A stretch of DNA of 64,000 nt, taken from Vicugna vicugna. Taxonomy: Eukaryota. The DNA lies in assembly GCA_013265495.1 (NCBI GenBank), contig MU058418.1, positions 1,202,917-1,266,916 on the forward strand, given 5' to 3'. How positions within the stretch are numbered: the stretch's first letter is position 1; each line of letters begins with the position of its first letter. Positions 60,736 through 64,000 of the stretch are shown here, in pieces. The translations under genes were made by a program, and so were the position numbers. A model generated the notes under the pieces. It made no database searches, was not told where the DNA came from, and saw nothing but the letters and a program-made list of their open reading frames with translations.

Positions 60736-63700
60736 TCTTTTTCTTTTTTTTAATATTTTTTAATTGAGTTATAGTCATTTTACAATGTGTGTCAAATTCC
60801 AGTATAAAGCAGTTTTTCAGTTATACATGAACATACATATATTCATTGTCACTTTTTTAATTCGTTGTTAACTACCACAAGATTTTGTATATATTTCCCT
60901 GTGCTATACAGTATAATCTTGTTTATCTATTCTACACATGCCTGTCAGTATCTACAGATTTTGAAATCCCATTCTGTCCCTTCTTACCCCTCGCCCCCTT
61001 GGCAACCACAAGTTTGTATTCTATGTCTATGAGTCTGTTTCTGTTTTGTATTTATTTATTTATTTATTTTTTTGATTCCACATATGAGCGATCTGATATG
61101 GTATTTTTCTGTCTCTTTCTGGCTTGCTTCACTTAGAATGACATTCTCCAGGAACATCCATGTTGCTGCAAATGGCGTTATGTTGTCGGGGTTTGTGGCT
61201 GAATAGTATTCCATCGTATAAATATACCACCACTTCTTTATCCAGTCATCTGTTGATGGACATTTAGGCTGTTTCCATGTCTTGGCTATTGTAAATAGTG
61301 CTGCTATGAACATTGGGGTGCAGGTGTCATTTTGAAGTAGGGTTCCTTCTGGATATATGCCCAGGAGTGGGATTCCTGGGTCCTATGGTAAGTCTATTCC
61401 TAGTCTTTTGAGGAATCTCCACTCTGTTTTCCACAGTGGCTTTCCTTGCTTCCCTCTGCCGCTCTTAATGATTTAGATGTCTTCTTTTACAATTTTGTGT
61501 TTATTCTTTTTGTAAGTCATGGCAGTTATCTCCTTTCCAGTTATGAGTTTCTCATTTTTGTAGCATCCTGCTTCTTTTCTGTTTAGAGTAGACCTGTCAA
61601 TATTTCTTTTAGCATGGGTTTAGTGTTTTAAACTCTTTTAGTTTTTCCTTGTCTGTGAAGTTCTTTATCTCTCCTTCTATTCTAAAGGATAGCCTTGCGG
61701 GATAGAGTATCCTAGGCTGCATCTTTTTTTTCATTCAGGACTTTGAATATATCTTGCCACTCCCTTCTGGCCTGTAGTGTTTGTGTAGAGAAATCAGCTG
61801 AGAGCCTTATGGGGGTTCCCTTGTAACTCGCTCTTTGTTTTTCTCTTGTTGCCTTTAGGATCATTTCTTTATCCTTGACTCTGGCCATCTTGGTTATGTT
61901 GTGTCTTGGTGTGGGTCTGTTTGGGTTCTTCCTGTTTGGGACCCTCTGAGCCTCCTGTACTTGGGTATCTGATTCCTTCTTTAGGTTTGGGAAGTTTTCA
62001 GTCATGATTTCTTCAAATACCTTTTCAATCCCCTTTGTTCTTTCTTCCCCTTCTGGAACTACTATTATGCGAAGATTGGCATACTTTATATTATCCCATA
62101 GGTCCCGTATATTGTTTTCATTTTTTTTAATTTGTTTTTCTCTCAGCTGTTCTGATTGGGTGCTTTCTGTTGTCCTGTCTTCTAGGTCACTTATTCGTTC
62201 CTCTGCATTATCTAGCCTGCTTTGTACAGCCTTTAGGTCAGCTCTCATCTCAGCAAATTAGTTTCCTAATTCTACTTGGCTCTTCTTTATAGCTTCAATT
62301 TCATTTTTGATGTATTTTATATCTCTAAACACTATTTCTTTTAGTTCCTTCAGTCCTTTGATCACTCCTTTTTTGAAATCTTGATCTAGTAGGCCATCAT
62401 TGTCTATTTCATTGATCGTGCTTTCAGGGGATATCTCTTGATCTTTTAATTGGGAGTTGTTCCTCTGCTTCTTCATATTGCTCATATCTCTCTGGCACTG
62501 TGGCTTATATAGTATCAGTTATCTATTGTGGTCCTTAAGGAGTTTATTTATTTGTCTATCTAAAGCCTATGCAGGAATAAAACTTGAAAAAAAGAGAGAG
62601 AATTTTAAAAGAAGGGAGAAAAAAAGGTTTGAAAACAGTGTATAATCAATAATAGAAGAGCAAGTTGAAGCAGAATAGCAATTGAGTTAAGACATCTTTT
62701 AAAAACCTTTAAAAAAAGGAAAAAAAAATCAAAAAACCGTATTTGAAACCTGTGTATAATCAATAACAGGAGATCAAAACCAAGAGAAATAAAAATGAAA
62801 TGATGTGGATTTTTAAAAATAATAATAATGAAAAGATTTTAAAAGAAAAACTTAAAAGGGATTAAAACTGTAGACATATACAATTGTTTAAAAAGTAAAG
62901 ATTAAAAAGGTAACAGAAAATAGAACTGATAAAAAAAAAAAGAGATGTGTTCTCGTGGAGACTGTGCACTTTTGATGATTTTATCGAGAGGTCTTTCTGT
63001 CTTCGCCCTGTTTCGGAAACTCAGCTTGCATTTTCCAGAGGCCCTCTGTTGGTGCCCTCCTCTGTGCTGCTCCCAGTGCCTGTCGGCAAGCAGATCGCAC
63101 CCCCTCCCAATACTGGGTCAGATGCTACAGTCTTACATGGTGGGTTGGCAGGTCACTCCCTATCCTGATGCCGCAATCAGATGCTGCACTTGGGTGAGGT
63201 AGGTGGGCAAATCGTGTCCCGTCCTAGCACTGGGTCAGGTGCTGAGCTCTTACCCGGTGGGCAGGCAGGTCACTTCCCCTCCCGATGCCACAGTCAGATG
63301 CTGCTCTTGGGTGAGGCAGGTAGGTGGATTGCGCCCCCTCCCATTACTTTGGTCAGGTGCCGCACTTCTGCCAGGAAGGTGGGTGGCCATCCGCCCTCTC
63401 CTGGCATCAATTGCTCCCTTGCTCTGTGCAGCTGCCCTCTCCACCTTGGGTCGGCACTCCATAGGCATGCTTGGGGAAGACCATGGAACAGTCCTGCCCC
63501 TGCTCTGTACCAAAACTCAGCTCCTTGTTTGTCTTGGCGGCACAAATTCTCTGAGGTACCAGGGCAGAAAAATCCTATCTGCCTTGGGCTGTAAACAAAT
63601 CTCAGTCCTGCCTAGGAGGTTGCAGAGCCCCCATGTGTGGATTCAGGTCTCGGCCCCACCCCAGCCTAGGCACTGCGCACAGGAGGATATGGCGGTTGTG

Positions 63701-64000
63701 GCTGCGCCCCGCCTCTCTTCTCCCGAAAAGTGCCAGTAATGGCACCACAGGTCTGAGGAGACAAAGGCTATGGTGCCCTTACCCCCAGGGCACACCAGCA
63801 GTGTTTCTTTGCTTTTTTTTTTTTTGTAACTTATGGGGGACCCAGGCTGTTCTGCTCTGTATCTCCTCCCAGCCACGGCATGCAGCACCCTGCAGTCCCC
63901 CAGGGTTGCCTCAGTGCAGCTTCCCCAGACCTCCACTAGGCTCGGGCAGCCTGTTCCGGTCCCAGCTGCCAGTTCGCGTCTCGGGCTGGGTGTCATGGGG
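60736..64000 (-). mobile_element. ORF2-deleted L1 element, copy 2 (5' end runs past the window)
   Basis: Poly-T, 3'UTR and ORF2 tail (MFIAALFTIAKTWKQPKCPSTDDWIKK, 61056-61313). Junction at 61439/61440, ORF1 remnant at 62485-61583, then an AT-rich block and a GC-rich monomeric 5'UTR. Inserted into an older L1M ORF1 remnant. Confidence 0.9.
63108..63400. repeat. Tandem units of about 117-118 bp (two sub-units of about 59 bp each) in the L1 5'UTR
   Basis: actgggtcag recurs at 63112 and 63229, and ggtcaggtgc at 63233 and 63351. Confidence 0.8.

Noticed and set aside
63108..63400. Regularly spaced repeats resembling a CRISPR-like array
   Set aside because: These are degenerate tandem units of an L1 5'UTR with no unique spacers, in a mammalian genome.
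32229..64000. Search for further AFG1L exons (PLGASDYLELSKNF...)
   Set aside because: Not found by eye. The intron is long and the next exon is presumably beyond the window, so there is no evidence of gene truncation.

Overview
This is mammalian genomic DNA, not prokaryotic. It is probably a camelid or other SINE-poor artiodactyl, inferred from the L1 3' ends and the absence of recognisable Alu, B1, Bov-tA, PRE1 or CAN SINEs. The whole window lies inside AFG1L (LACE1, mitochondrial AFG1-like AAA+ ATPase) on the + strand. Three internal coding exons (6360-6442, 31801-31871, 32128-32228) splice in frame. The rest is intron filled with L1 fragments, MaLR/ERVL/ERV1 LTRs, hAT and Tigger DNA-transposon fossils, MIRs and microsatellites. 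Main observations: (1) Two antisense L1-derived elements keep the 5'UTR and ORF1 but jump from the inter-ORF spacer directly to the end of ORF2 at an AG-bounded junction (half-L1 or spliced-L1 architecture). They share about 1.25 kb of apparently perfect identity while their flanking parts differ, so they reflect either gene conversion or an assembly gap-fill artefact. (2) An intact-ORF RPS26 retrocopy has target-site duplications (TSDs) showing that it carries about 530 nt beyond the canonical poly(A) site, plus a nested 52-bp micro-L1. (3) One AFG1L exon has a competing +4 splice donor. (4) There are two short templated-looking direct duplications, an ERVL pol relic, and a possible unidentified mRNA 3'-end retrocopy. 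Repeat family names are recalled from consensus sequences and were not confirmed by a search. Boundaries of old repeats are approximate.
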